The notes: generated from the letters alone by a model not told the origin. A stretch of DNA of 64,000 nucleotides from Candidatus Falkowbacteria bacterium (GCA_963774955.1 CAVZGV010000006.1:159224-223223); one strand, 5' to 3'; positions 1 to 10,292 are shown, counted from the first letter of the stretch. Made by a program: numbers and translations.

Positions 1-24
1 AAACAAAACACAAAATCCAAAAAC

Positions 25-1140
25 TTAAAACCTTACCGAGCCGCGAACCCCGTAAGCGCCACCATGGACGCCCGGATTACTCCAACCCAGGAGGAACTGC
101 CTATCATGCCGACCCCAACCACCAAACGGGACGCCGCCCTTTCCTTTAAAATATGCCCCGGCATTCCAGCAACCATTGCCCTTGCCATCCCAGTCATCTA
201 TAACCTGATTATTTCTTTGCAGATATTCCATGAAATATATCAGCTGGGCTTCAGGAGTGGTAAACTGTTCGTTTGCGTACTGCTCCTCCGTCTGAATCTT
301 GGCCAGATATTCTTCAGGACTTTGTCCTGCCTCAAGCTGCTTTCTGCCTTCAATTTCCTGTCCCTTGCCTTCCGCAGGCAAGTCCGGCATGTCTTCAATC
401 ATTAAAATCTGCCAGCCACCAGTTTCGTTTATTAATTCCTGCTTGGTTTTGCCGCCATGATTATCGTCAAACTTTTTAACTCCATATACCAGATCACCTT
501 TAACGTCTGCGTCTTGGTATATATCATCAACATAAATAGGCCGTGGCTGGTCGTCTTCCATTTTCAATTCCAGCTTTGTCCCGTCTGTTGCCAGTAAATT
601 ACCCTCTCCATGCTTTTTCACTATTAATTCCCCTGCTTTTTCAGTAATTTCGCTTAATTTCATGCCAATCGGCACTAAAAGCAATTGGGTGAATCCCTGT
701 TCTCTTTTTTTATCCAGAATTTCAGCCTTGGCATTCATGCGTTTCAAGATCTCGTCATAACTCGGAATCGGCTGTTCATTGCCCAGAATATCTTTCATTC
801 CCCATTCCCCGTTTTTCAGCTTTTTCAAGATACCGACTTCTTTAAGCGTCTGAACTTGCTCTTCATATTGTTCCTTGAGATTTAATTCGCTCTCCAATTT
901 TTTACCGATAACCTCTGCTGTTTTCTTGTTTTTTAAATATGCCAGCAATTCCTGATATTTTTTCAGCGCTTTTGACAACTGATTGGCTGACTCATAGCCT
1001 TTGGCCTCGTCAATCATGGCCATGACTTTTTCTTTTTCATCAGGTGTCAGATCCATTTCCTTAACCCGACCCAAAACCTGCCTGGCTATTTCCAAGGCCG
1101 GATGTTCCTGCTTTTCTGATTGTTCCATTCCTTTTGACAT
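25..1140 (-). CDS. DGR variable (target) protein, paralog 1; C-type-lectin-like C-terminus; VR decayed
   Basis: About 70% identical to the ORFs at 19144..20283 and 21497..22642. Its last ~37 codons are homologous to the template repeat at 18727..18839. Conserved ...DDWDGxGxGCWNAGAYFKGxG motif precedes the variable tail, which ends SVRF. Confidence 0.75.
   Translation of the reverse strand: MSKGMEQSEKQEHPALEIARQVLGRVKEMDLTPDEKEKVMAMIDEAKGYESANQLSKALKKYQELLAYLKNKKTAEVIGKKLESELNLKEQYEEQVQTLKEVGILKKLKNGEWGMKDILGNEQPIPSYDEILKRMNAKAEILDKKREQGFTQLLLVPIGMKLSEITEKAGELIVKKHGEGNLLATDGTKLELKMEDDQPRPIYVDDIYQDADVKGDLVYGVKKFDDNHGGKTKQELINETGGWQILMIEDMPDLPAEGKGQEIEGRKQLEAGQSPEEYLAKIQTEEQYANEQFTTPEAQLIYFMEYLQRNNQVIDDWDGKGNGCWNAGAYFKGKGGVPFGGWGRHDRQFLLGWSNPGVHGGAYGVRGSVRF
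26..138 (-). repeat. DGR variable repeat VR1 (degenerate)
   Basis: 113-bp region aligns colinearly with the TR. It differs mostly at TR-adenine positions, but also shows a few non-adenine substitutions (e.g. gagccgcg vs gaggcccg) and an A-to-G change in the conserved 3' end (VRF vs VKF). Confidence 0.6.
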
Positions 1141-1155
1141 AAATTTTACTTAAGC

Positions 1156-1238
1156 GAAAACGGCTGACGTTATTGACACCCATATGTAGAGACACGGCGC
1201 GCCGTGTCTCTACCGTCCGCGATTAATAGCCGTTTTCT
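1156..1238. repeat. Nested palindrome with a REP-like GTAG-headed core (gtagagacacggcgcgccgtgtctctac, 1186..1213)
   Basis: Perfect 28-bp GC-rich palindrome flanked by 10-bp outer arms gaaaacggct/agccgttttc. Lies in the intergenic region between convergently and divergently arranged minus-strand genes. The core resembles the REP palindromes at 55081 and 55464. Confidence 0.5.
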
Positions 1239-1244
1239 TTGATC

Positions 1245-3668
1245 TTATATAGTATTGGTCATCAAATGAGAATACGGAGGTCTGTTCTTATACCGTTTAA
1301 TGGCCAAAGCAATAATTTCTTCCAAAAATTCGCCGTAATCTAAACCGGTTAATTTCGCGACTTCGGGCACGCAATTGCCCATATTGATGGACGGATTAGG
1401 ATTTAATTCCAAAACATAAGGATTATCATCCTTGTCCACGCGAATTTCTACCCGGCCATAATCATGGCAATCTAAAATATTATAGGTATCAAGCGCAATT
1501 TCACCCAGTAATGTTTCTAATTTTTTATTAATGTTTTTGGCCGGACGCTGGACAACGATGCCGGCTTTTTCAGGCGTCACATCCGGAGCAAATTTAATAT
1601 CATGAGTATAAATATGCCATTGTCCCTGAGCCATCTCTTTAAAAATTGACCGTGATAACGGCAAAACTTTCAAATCATCCTCCTCACTCCCCAAGATGGA
1701 AACGTCATATTCATCACCTTCAATATACTCTTCAATCAAAGCCGGACTACCCAGATCAACAATGACTTTTTTCAATTGCTTATGCAATTCTTCGATATTA
1801 GAAACGACAGACTCATTAGTTATGCCGATGGAATTGTCAGTATTAGATGGCTTCACAATCAACGGAAAGCGCAAATTAGGATTTATTTCATCATCCATGG
1901 AATAAATATAATCCCATTTAGGCGTAGGAATCCCGTGAAAAGACAATAATTTTTTAACCCTAATTTTATCAATACACAAACTTAAAGTCGAAGGATTAGA
2001 CCCTGTATAAGGTATTTGCAAAATATCATACAAAGCCGCGGCATGAGGTTCTAACAATGAAGAATCATTAATTCGTTCACAAACATTAAAAACCAAATCA
2101 ACATCACTGCTTTTTAGATCGTTATAAACCTTGTCAACATTATTAAAATCAAAGAAAGAAGTTTTATAGCCTTTGGCCTGCAAAGTTTTCTCAATATTTT
2201 TACCCACATCCATCAGCTCATGACCGACCAGATTTTCCGTATCTTCATACATATTACAAGCAATGCCAATGTGCAGTTTTTTCATCTGATTCTTGGTAAC
2301 TCGCCTGATCTTTTCAATTTTAGCGGCCCGGACAAATAAATTAGCAGCAATAGCGGCATGAGAAAACTTATTTTTCCTGGAAGTCTTACCGATTGACGAT
2401 TCAGGCGCAAACTTGGCAATTTCATATCTGATTTCTTTCAGAGCATTTTTCATATTATCCTGGGCATCAAGTAAGCTGTATCCGGAAACAGTGATCCAAC
2501 CTAAATTGTCATAGCCTTCAGGCGGGGCCAAAACCGGATCCCCAATTTCCTTATAGAAATGCATTTCCCCGACTGAAGACCATTTTTCAATCTCATAATT
2601 AATATTGGCGGAGATAAGCACGCCTGAATAATCAGGTCGGAAATCCTGGCCGATAATGTACTTGAGGGGAATTGACGGTTTTTTTATTTTTATAAAATAG
2701 CCCAAAGCGATCATAACCGCATATTCAATCAAATCAACACCCCAACAGCCCTTTATATAGGAATAAACATAATCACCGCCCATGCGCAGATTAATTTCAA
2801 TCGGCACAGGACCTAACGGAGTTGATTTGGCTTCCCAGTGAACCAGACCGTTTTGCAAGCCAAGTTTTTCCAGGGTTTCTTCGGCCTGTTCAAATAATTC
2901 CTGCTGTTTACTTGTTGGCAGACTTGAAGGGATAGATTGGCCGACTTCTACAAAAAAAGGTTCCTGAGTCTGAAAATTGTCGGAAATTGACCAGAATTTA
3001 ATTTTGCCGTTTTGGATAATAATATCAATATCAACTTCATCACCGTCAATATATTCTTCCACAAAAATATCCAGACCGTCAGCCAAAGCACTTTCAGTAC
3101 TGGTGGAAATATTTTTCTTAATGTAGTTATAAGTATTAATCAAATCATCCTTACTGTTTACTTTGATAACATAAGCGCTGGAAGCACCAAAAGCCGGCTT
3201 GATCACCACCGGAAACTTAAAATCTTCGGGCAAACTCTGGATCTCAGCCAGACTTTTTATAAGCAGATGCTTCGGGGTGGCGATGCCGTTTTCTTGGCAA
3301 AATTCCCTGAATAAATATTTATTTCTGACCCGCCTGGCAATATTAAAAGGAATGCCGATCCAATTGAATTTGTCGGCAATTTTAGAAGTCAGCAAAACAT
3401 CATCTTCCCAAAAAGTCACCACGCCGTTAATTTTCACTTCGGCATTATTGGCGATAAATTCCTTAATGGCATTAATACATTCGGTTTGGTTGGTATTATC
3501 AGCCAAAATCCAATGATCGACATAAGACGCGGCCCAATTTTTTTCCTTATTGAGACAGACGACTTTTAAACCCATTTTTTTTAATTTCTGCAAAATAAAA
3601 CGTTTTTTAAACGACCCGGTGTTAACCAATAAAATAGTTTTATCTGCGAAGCTGTTTCCGTTTTTCAT
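1245..3668 (-). CDS. Two-domain ATP-grasp ligase (N-terminal ATP-grasp plus C-terminal D-Ala-D-Ala-ligase-like ATP-grasp)
   Basis: 807 aa. The C-terminal half carries Ddl-like motifs (LYDILQIPYTGSNPSTLSLCIDKIRVKKLL ... LIVKPSNTDNSIGIT ... EEYIEGDEYDVSILG). The N-terminal half has a second ATP-grasp fold (FPVVIKPAFGASSAYV ... EEYIDGDEVDIDII). Confidence 0.6.
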   Translation of the reverse strand: MKNGNSFADKTILLVNTGSFKKRFILQKLKKMGLKVVCLNKEKNWAASYVDHWILADNTNQTECINAIKEFIANNAEVKINGVVTFWEDDVLLTSKIADKFNWIGIPFNIARRVRNKYLFREFCQENGIATPKHLLIKSLAEIQSLPEDFKFPVVIKPAFGASSAYVIKVNSKDDLINTYNYIKKNISTSTESALADGLDIFVEEYIDGDEVDIDIIIQNGKIKFWSISDNFQTQEPFFVEVGQSIPSSLPTSKQQELFEQAEETLEKLGLQNGLVHWEAKSTPLGPVPIEINLRMGGDYVYSYIKGCWGVDLIEYAVMIALGYFIKIKKPSIPLKYIIGQDFRPDYSGVLISANINYEIEKWSSVGEMHFYKEIGDPVLAPPEGYDNLGWITVSGYSLLDAQDNMKNALKEIRYEIAKFAPESSIGKTSRKNKFSHAAIAANLFVRAAKIEKIRRVTKNQMKKLHIGIACNMYEDTENLVGHELMDVGKNIEKTLQAKGYKTSFFDFNNVDKVYNDLKSSDVDLVFNVCERINDSSLLEPHAAALYDILQIPYTGSNPSTLSLCIDKIRVKKLLSFHGIPTPKWDYIYSMDDEINPNLRFPLIVKPSNTDNSIGITNESVVSNIEELHKQLKKVIVDLGSPALIEEYIEGDEYDVSILGSEEDDLKVLPLSRSIFKEMAQGQWHIYTHDIKFAPDVTPEKAGIVVQRPAKNINKKLETLLGEIALDTYNILDCHDYGRVEIRVDKDDNPYVLELNPNPSINMGNCVPEVAKLTGLDYGEFLEEIIALAIKRYKNRPPYSHLMTNTI

Positions 3669-5041
3669 AATAATTGTTTTAATTCCTCCTGATAAATATT
3701 TAGTAATTTAGATTGTAAATTTTTAGGCACTGTAACCATCGGATAAATTTTGAAAAATTTTCGCCGCAGCCTTTTTTCTTGTTTAATGGCTTTAGCCAGA
3801 TATTTTTCTTTGAATAAATCAATCAGTGCCCCGCGCCAACCATTGCGGTAAGCCAGCAAGAATGATAATAATTGTTCCTGCTCCACCTGGGACGGCATTT
3901 CATAAGCCCGACGGTTTTTTAAATTAAAAATAGGATAAAGTTGCTCGTATTTTTTTTCAAACATATCTTGTTTCATGCCGATTTTTTTGGGATCGCCGCC
4001 GACTGCCGCTGAATATAAAAATGCTTTGGCGCACATCGGGCATTTATTACACCACCTATCTTCCCTGGTCATTTCATAGGCGCAGGACATAACATACTTC
4101 AATAAATAAGGATACCGGCTGTACAAAATTTTCATTTCAGCCAAATTATAGATAGGTCCGACTAAACTGGCAACCTGATAATTATCGGCGGTAAACTTTT
4201 TCAATTCCTGATTTAATTTCAGGGCATAACCGGAAGACTGATCAAATGAAGGGTAAGCCTTATATCCGTCCTGCAGCCAAAAATCATCCAGATTTTTTTC
4301 ATTGCCTAGAATCAAATACTTAGCCTGATGATAATAGGCAAATGGCAGAAACTCCAGGGCAAAAGCCAGCATGCCATTGGAATTATCAAATTCTTCAATC
4401 TTAACCGGCCAATTTTTATTATAAAAAATACTATCAGCATTATCTTCCAGATATTCTATTTTTTCTTTTTCATTTTTGACAAAGGCTCTGATAATTTTTC
4501 GTTTATGTTCGTTTTCAATACTGTATTCCCCTTCCATTTCATTGACATAAACAAGTTGATATTTAAGGCCCAGTTCTTTGATCAGGCCATAAGTCAGTAA
4601 ACTATCCTTGCCAAAAGACAAAGCCAAAATCGCTTTATTATGCAAAGCTTGCTTTTGGGGAATTATTTTTTCCGATTTTTTAACATCAGCAAAACTTATT
4701 TTGCGATCTTTAAACAGATTAACCAGCCTGAGAACTTTAAGTCTATTGGCAAACCCGACATGAGGCAAGTCACCTAAAACACCTTGATCAGCAATTCGAT
4801 GCAAAAAAGGCCTGCCCATCTCAAAACCTATTTTTTTATCTGTCGCCACCCCCAAAGGACCGGTACGCGAATAAATAAAATTTTCCGCCAAAATATTCTT
4901 TCGCTCAAATTGTTTCCATATTTTTTGCGGGTAAATCACCGAGTACTGAGCTTCTCCATTTACAGAAATTCTAAAACCATCATTACCAACCTGATAAGAA
5001 ATTTTCAATTCAAAATTATTTTTACCTGAAATATTTTTCAT
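3665..5041 (-). CDS. PP-loop ATP pyrophosphatase superfamily protein (QueC-like SxGxDS motif plus C-x2-C-x2-C zinc motif)
   Basis: 458 aa. Motif ALSFGKDS resembles the PP-loop SGGxDS. A later CAYEMTREDRWCNKCPMC matches the Cys cluster of QueC-type amidoligases. Its stop overlaps the start of the upstream ATP-grasp gene by 4 bp, consistent with an operon. Confidence 0.45.
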   Translation of the reverse strand: MKNISGKNNFELKISYQVGNDGFRISVNGEAQYSVIYPQKIWKQFERKNILAENFIYSRTGPLGVATDKKIGFEMGRPFLHRIADQGVLGDLPHVGFANRLKVLRLVNLFKDRKISFADVKKSEKIIPQKQALHNKAILALSFGKDSLLTYGLIKELGLKYQLVYVNEMEGEYSIENEHKRKIIRAFVKNEKEKIEYLEDNADSIFYNKNWPVKIEEFDNSNGMLAFALEFLPFAYYHQAKYLILGNEKNLDDFWLQDGYKAYPSFDQSSGYALKLNQELKKFTADNYQVASLVGPIYNLAEMKILYSRYPYLLKYVMSCAYEMTREDRWCNKCPMCAKAFLYSAAVGGDPKKIGMKQDMFEKKYEQLYPIFNLKNRRAYEMPSQVEQEQLLSFLLAYRNGWRGALIDLFKEKYLAKAIKQEKRLRRKFFKIYPMVTVPKNLQSKLLNIYQEELKQLL

Positions 5042-5196
5042 CCTTGAAATAGAAAAATTTTGTATTTTATATTTTATTTTTTATATTATAAGTATATGAC
5101 TAGTGTTTTTTATTGTCAATGATTTTTTGGCTTTTTTAAGCCTAAAAAGTTACTAACGGTCAAAAAAAGAGTTCCGCATTGCGGAACTCTAAAAAA

Positions 5197-6273
5197 TTAT
5201 TTTAAACCATATCTTTGCGCCGCCGAATTGATGATAGCCAAAAGCATTTCATCATATCTTTTTCCGGTCAGCGCCCACATCTTGGCCAGATGGCCATCCC
5301 AACACCAACCTGGATTGGGATTGACTTCCAAAAGCCGCGGTCTGCAATGCGCATCCAGCCGCCAGTCAAAGCGGGCATAGTCGCGGCAATTAAAAATGAG
5401 GAATAATCTGACGGAATTATTAATCATCACTCTGGTCATGTCTTCCGGCAAACTTGCCGGCAAGGTCTTGATGCCCTGCCAGTAAGGCGAATCAGGCTGC
5501 CATTTGGATTCATAACCGGCCAGGCGCGGCAAATCCGACGGCAAATCTGAATAATCGTCCTCAATGATGGGTAAGACTTCATATTTGTTTGGCGGATAGC
5601 CGACAATGCCCAGACTCAAATCTTTACCCGGTAAAAATTCCTGAATTAGAATTTTATTGTCTGACGGTAAAATGGCTCTCAATTCGTCATAGGCAGTAAG
5701 CAAACTCTCAGCATCGTAAGCCACGCTTTTTTGGGTGATACCCATACTGCCGTCGCCCAGATTAGGTTTGACCAAAACCGGAAAAGTGCTGACCGCAGCC
5801 GGAGTCTGAAAAGTTCTGGGCACTCGAATGCCGATCTGCGCCGCAATCTGCAAAACAGATTCTTTGTCATAACACTGATTCAGACAAAAGACATCCCCGC
5901 CCGTATAAGGCAGCCCCAAATTTTTCAGAACCTGAGGAATTTCATCTTCCCGCCTGGGGTCATTCATATAACCCTCATCGCACAAATTCAGCACCAAACT
6001 TACTTTAGAGGCTAAAGCTTCTAAGCCTTCAAACAAAGTCTGATGATTTTCAAAATAGATAAACTCATACTCGGTCAGTAAAGCCAAGGCTTTTTTGAGT
6101 TTAATCACAACCTCAAAATCCTCTGAATTAAACTTACCGTCCAGTTTAACCTGGTCAGGCAAATTCGGATCGCCCAAAATGACGGCGATCAGTTTTTTCG
6201 ATTTAAGGTGCATGCTATCTTCCTCCATTATTTGAATATGATAATCTAATGCAATCGTTACTAAATTTTGCAT
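5197..6273 (-). CDS. D-alanine--D-alanine ligase-like ATP-grasp enzyme
   Basis: 358 aa. Motifs LKNLGLPYTGGDVFCLNQCYDKESV, FPVLVKPNLGDGSMGIT and LIQEFLPGKDLSLGIVG match the Ddl family ATP-grasp core. GC is somewhat elevated relative to neighbours. Confidence 0.6.
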   Translation of the reverse strand: MQNLVTIALDYHIQIMEEDSMHLKSKKLIAVILGDPNLPDQVKLDGKFNSEDFEVVIKLKKALALLTEYEFIYFENHQTLFEGLEALASKVSLVLNLCDEGYMNDPRREDEIPQVLKNLGLPYTGGDVFCLNQCYDKESVLQIAAQIGIRVPRTFQTPAAVSTFPVLVKPNLGDGSMGITQKSVAYDAESLLTAYDELRAILPSDNKILIQEFLPGKDLSLGIVGYPPNKYEVLPIIEDDYSDLPSDLPRLAGYESKWQPDSPYWQGIKTLPASLPEDMTRVMINNSVRLFLIFNCRDYARFDWRLDAHCRPRLLEVNPNPGWCWDGHLAKMWALTGKRYDEMLLAIINSAAQRYGLK

Positions 6274-6412
6274 TAATATCTAAGTGTACGTTGTGAAACA
6301 AAAAAAGTCAAGGCTTTTTACCCGACTTCTATTTTCCCTTATTTTAAAAAGTCTTTAGTTATAAACTATCCCCCAATCACAAAAGACTAAACTGGCTGCC
6401 GCTAGCTATAAA

Positions 6413-7510
6413 CTAACGACCAATTATCTTATATACCAATTCTACATATCTTTTGGTCGCCTCCTTATCCAGAAGCTGACTGATGTTACGGCCCAGATTC
6501 TGCCTTTCCGGAAAATTCTGCATCAAAGTATCTATGACCTGCACAAATGTTTCCTTAGTTAATTTATCCTGAGCTAAAATTTTTACCGAGTTATATTTGA
6601 AAAAATACTGGGCATTGATTTCCTGATGTCCTGGAATTGGGATTAATAAAGCTGCTTTACCCAAAGCTGCCAATTCCGTGAGAGTAGAAAAGCCTGCCCG
6701 GCTAACAATCAAGTCTGCAACAGCCATGGCATCAAAAATTTCCTGATTTAAAAATTCATAGTCGCGATAACGCTCTTCAATCATTTTTAAAGTCTCACGA
6801 TTAAAATAATCATTAAACTGGCCACTGATCATTTTGCCTTTACCGGTTAAATGAATAATTTGGTATTTTGTTATCAACTGGGCCAGAGTATCAAAAACGA
6901 CCTGATTTATTTGCTGAGCCCCAGTCCCCCCGCCAGTAATTAATATTGTCGGCAAGTCTGCCTTAAGTTTAAAAAATGCCCAAGCCTTCTCTTTGTTGCC
7001 TAACAGAACCTCAGTTCTGATCGGATTACCGATAACAAAAGTTTTTTTGGGATCAAAATGGTTCCTTGATTCTTCAAAGGTCACGCTCACGGCGGTTGCC
7101 TTTTTAGCCATCAGCTTATTGGCCAAGCCAATTTCCAGATCCTGCTGGTGAACAATGCTGGGAATTTTCAGTATCCGAGCTGCATACATGACCGGCACGG
7201 CAATAAAACTACCGGCAGTCAAAACAATATCCGGCTTGAATTTTCGTATTATAAAATATGATTTGATCAAACCACAGAGAAAACCAAAAGGCGCCAAAAT
7301 ATTCCAACCAGAGAAATAACGTCTCAATTTCGCGCTGGTAATTGTTTTAAACGGAATATTATATTTGGCTAAAAATTCTTTTTCCGGTCCTTGTTTTGTC
7401 CCCAACCATAAAACCTCCAGATTAGCTTCTCTGGTTTTTAATTCCTCATAAATTGCTACCAGCGGTGAAACACTCCCCATTGTTCCTCCGCCGGAAAATA
7501 ATACCTTCAT
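6413..7510 (-). CDS. murG: UDP-N-acetylglucosamine--N-acetylmuramyl-(pentapeptide) pyrophosphoryl-undecaprenol N-acetylglucosamine transferase MurG
   Basis: N-terminal MKVLFSGGGTMGSVSPLVAIYEEL (the G-loop of GT28) and C-terminal GGTGAQQINQ ... IPGHQEINAQ motifs. Start taken at the internal Met at 7510; the ORF track extends it to 7588. Confidence 0.88.
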   Translation of the reverse strand: MKVLFSGGGTMGSVSPLVAIYEELKTREANLEVLWLGTKQGPEKEFLAKYNIPFKTITSAKLRRYFSGWNILAPFGFLCGLIKSYFIIRKFKPDIVLTAGSFIAVPVMYAARILKIPSIVHQQDLEIGLANKLMAKKATAVSVTFEESRNHFDPKKTFVIGNPIRTEVLLGNKEKAWAFFKLKADLPTILITGGGTGAQQINQVVFDTLAQLITKYQIIHLTGKGKMISGQFNDYFNRETLKMIEERYRDYEFLNQEIFDAMAVADLIVSRAGFSTLTELAALGKAALLIPIPGHQEINAQYFFKYNSVKILAQDKLTKETFVQVIDTLMQNFPERQNLGRNISQLLDKEATKRYVELVYKIIGR

Positions 7511-7677
7511 GTATTTGATTATAAATTCTATATGGATTAAAAATCCCAAATGCCTAGTGACAAGCTTCAAATAAAATACAAGTTCCAACCTCCAAAATCA
7601 AAATTTGTTTATTATTTTAGAATTTGTATTTTGATATTTATTTGCTTTTTGAAATTTGTAATTTGGTGCTTTTAACC

Positions 7678-8793
7678 TTATTCCCTCGTCTGCCTCGAAA
7701 CATTTACTACAATCCCGCAAGCTGCCAGCAATACCATCATTGAAGTCCCGCCGTAGCTGACAAATGGAAGCGGCACTCCGGTCAAAGGCAGAAGCCCGAC
7801 CATAGCGCTAATATTAACAAATGATTGGATTAAAATCCAGGCGACAATACCGATGACCAGATGTTTGCCGAAATTATCAGGCGCCTTCTGTGCGATTTTC
7901 AGGCCACGGGACATTAGAAATAAATAGGCAATAATTAATAATGATGAAAAAATAAAACCCAGTTCTTCGGCAATAATCGCAAAAATTGAATCTCCGGCAA
8001 CTTCAGGCAAATATTGAAATTTTTGACGCGACATACCAAAGCCTCGGCCCCAAAAGCCACCGGAACCTATGGCTAAAAAAGCTTGGTTAATATGATAGCC
8101 TATTCCCTGCGGATCAAGTTCCGGATGTAAAAATATGGTAAAACGAGCAACACGATAAGGCGCTACTTTTATTAACAAAAATAAACCCAAGATCGAACCG
8201 ATGCCTACGCCAATCATATGTAAAAGATTAGCTCCACCGATAAAATATACTGTCAGGGCAATCATGGCAATAATTGTCATGGTCCCTAAATCAGGCTGTA
8301 AAACTAATAAAAAGATAATCACGCCCAAAATACATAAAAACGGCACCAGACCTTCACTGAAATTACCTGCCTTCTTTTGGCCGTGAGTGTCCAGCCAGGA
8401 CGCTAAATAAATTAAAAAAGTTAATTTTACCAATTCAGAAGGCTGGAAAGAAACGCCAAAAATATTAATCCAACTTTGCGCTGTACCGTAACCGGCGCCA
8501 ATTTTCGGTATAAAAACTAAGACTAACAAACCGATGGAACCCACCAGAGCAAAAAATGAGAATCGTTTTAAAATTTTATAATCCAGCAATGAAAAAAAGA
8601 TAAACGCCAATAAGCCCGGAATCAAACCCCAAAATATCTGATGTTTCAATAAGTAATAACTATCGTGATATTTTTCAAAAGACAATGAAACGCTGGCTGA
8701 AGACAGCATTACCAGCCCAAAAACGATAATCATAAATAACCCTATTATGAATCCATAATCCGGCTGATGCCAATTTTTAGTAAAAAAACGCAT
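7678..8793 (-). CDS. ftsW: SEDS-family peptidoglycan glycosyltransferase FtsW/RodA
   Basis: 10-TM profile. Conserved GGFWGRGFGMSRQKFQYLPEVAGDSIFAIIAEELGF and LPLTGVPLPFVSYGGTS motifs. Confidence 0.85.
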   Translation of the reverse strand: MRFFTKNWHQPDYGFIIGLFMIIVFGLVMLSSASVSLSFEKYHDSYYLLKHQIFWGLIPGLLAFIFFSLLDYKILKRFSFFALVGSIGLLVLVFIPKIGAGYGTAQSWINIFGVSFQPSELVKLTFLIYLASWLDTHGQKKAGNFSEGLVPFLCILGVIIFLLVLQPDLGTMTIIAMIALTVYFIGGANLLHMIGVGIGSILGLFLLIKVAPYRVARFTIFLHPELDPQGIGYHINQAFLAIGSGGFWGRGFGMSRQKFQYLPEVAGDSIFAIIAEELGFIFSSLLIIAYLFLMSRGLKIAQKAPDNFGKHLVIGIVAWILIQSFVNISAMVGLLPLTGVPLPFVSYGGTSMMVLLAACGIVVNVSRQTRE

Positions 8794-8794
8794 A

Positions 8795-10189
8795 TTATTT
8801 CACTAAATTCTTTACAGCATAATTAAACTGATCACCCCGATCGAATTCATTAATAAATAAACCAAAACTTGCTGCTCCGGGAGATAGAATAAACGTATCA
8901 CCAGGCTTTAATATATACTTCGCCTGTTTAAATGCTTCCTTCATGGAATCAACAAAAACCAAATTCTCATTATAATTTATCTTACGTAATTCTTTGACTA
9001 ATTTATCGGTTGCAGTTCCTTCAAACAAAATCAAAGACCTGACCTTTGCCTTGATGGTTTTCGCAAGTTCCCGAAACTCCAATTTCTTATCAGTGCCGCC
9101 GGCTAGAAGCACTACTTTTGGCGGAAAAGAATTTAAAGCGGCAATAACCGCATCCGGCGTGGTTGCCGTGGTATCATTATAATATTTGATACCGCCAAAT
9201 TCTCTGATCAACTGCAGCCTACCTTCAACGCCCTTAAACTCGGAGACTGCCTTTTTAATAATTCTAGTTGGTACGCCAAAGACTTTAGCCAAAGCAACTG
9301 CCCCCAAAACATTGGATAAGTTATGTGTTCCAACCAATAAAACTGATTTTACGGGTATAATCTTTTCTGCTTTGATTTTATTTTTAAATATCAGCCAGCC
9401 CTTATCTAAATAAGCGCCACTTTCTTTTTTACCTAATTTTGCCAGGCTATACCAGAATACATGTGAATGAGTCTTTGAACCCATAGCCCTGGTATAATCA
9501 TTATCTCTGTTTAGAATCAAATAATTATTAGGTTTTTGGAACTTAAATATTAAGGCTTTGGCCCGAGCATAATCAGCCATACTTTTATAAGTATTCAAAT
9601 GATCACGCATGACATTGGTAACCAAAGCATATTGAGGACTAATTTCGCGGTTTTCCAGACCTTCAACCTGCCAGGATGATAATTCTAAAACGACAGGAGT
9701 TTGTTGCCTAATTTTGGTTAAAGAATCAAGCGGCGAAACCCTGATATTACCGCCGAGAATAGTCTCCTTCTTATATTGTTTTATAATATGATAAATCAAA
9801 CTGGTGGTTGTGCTTTTACCTTTTGTGCCCGTGATACCGACTATTTTATCTGAAGAGCACAAGCTAAAAAACAGGCTCATATCGGTTTCAATCGGCACTT
9901 TATGTTTTTGAGCGGCCTGCAAATATTTATTCACACCATGCACCCCGGGGTTTTTAATCACCATATCTGCGTTAACAAAATCAGCGAGTTTGTGCTGACC
10001 TAAAACATAATTAATTTTAAAGCCCTTAAGCTGTTTAATTGAACTTGCCAATTGAAGCGCTGACTTCATATCAGTGACAGTCACCACTGCTCCCTTTTGA
10101 GCCAAAAATTTAGTCACACCCAAACCGCCTCCGTGCAAGCCGAGGCCCATAACTGTAACCTTTTTACCTTTAAAATCTATGTTCGCCAT
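8795..10189 (-). CDS. murD: UDP-N-acetylmuramoylalanine--D-glutamate ligase MurD
   Basis: N-terminal Rossmann VMGLGLHGGG and Mur-ligase P-loop ITGTKGKSTTTSLIYHI. Mur ligase C-terminal domain follows. Sits immediately upstream of ftsW. Confidence 0.88.
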   Translation of the reverse strand: MANIDFKGKKVTVMGLGLHGGGLGVTKFLAQKGAVVTVTDMKSALQLASSIKQLKGFKINYVLGQHKLADFVNADMVIKNPGVHGVNKYLQAAQKHKVPIETDMSLFFSLCSSDKIVGITGTKGKSTTTSLIYHIIKQYKKETILGGNIRVSPLDSLTKIRQQTPVVLELSSWQVEGLENREISPQYALVTNVMRDHLNTYKSMADYARAKALIFKFQKPNNYLILNRDNDYTRAMGSKTHSHVFWYSLAKLGKKESGAYLDKGWLIFKNKIKAEKIIPVKSVLLVGTHNLSNVLGAVALAKVFGVPTRIIKKAVSEFKGVEGRLQLIREFGGIKYYNDTTATTPDAVIAALNSFPPKVVLLAGGTDKKLEFRELAKTIKAKVRSLILFEGTATDKLVKELRKINYNENLVFVDSMKEAFKQAKYILKPGDTFILSPGAASFGLFINEFDRGDQFNYAVKNLVK

Positions 10190-10292
10190 AAGTCTAAAAC
10201 AAAAAAATACTACAAACGTATTTATACCTATTATACTGGAAAATTAGATAAAAAAAAAGCCCTTCGCGAGAACGAAAGACTTTTTTATTTTA

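Noticed and set aside
64-885. Plus-strand ORFs (64..405, 273..479, 685..885) overlapping target paralog 1
   Set aside because: They sit antisense within a well-supported gene, have low-complexity translations and no motifs.
7511-7588. 26-codon N-terminal extension of murG in the ORF track
   Set aside because: The canonical MurG N-terminus begins at MKVLFSGGGT. The extension is hydrophobic, low-complexity and lacks an RBS context.
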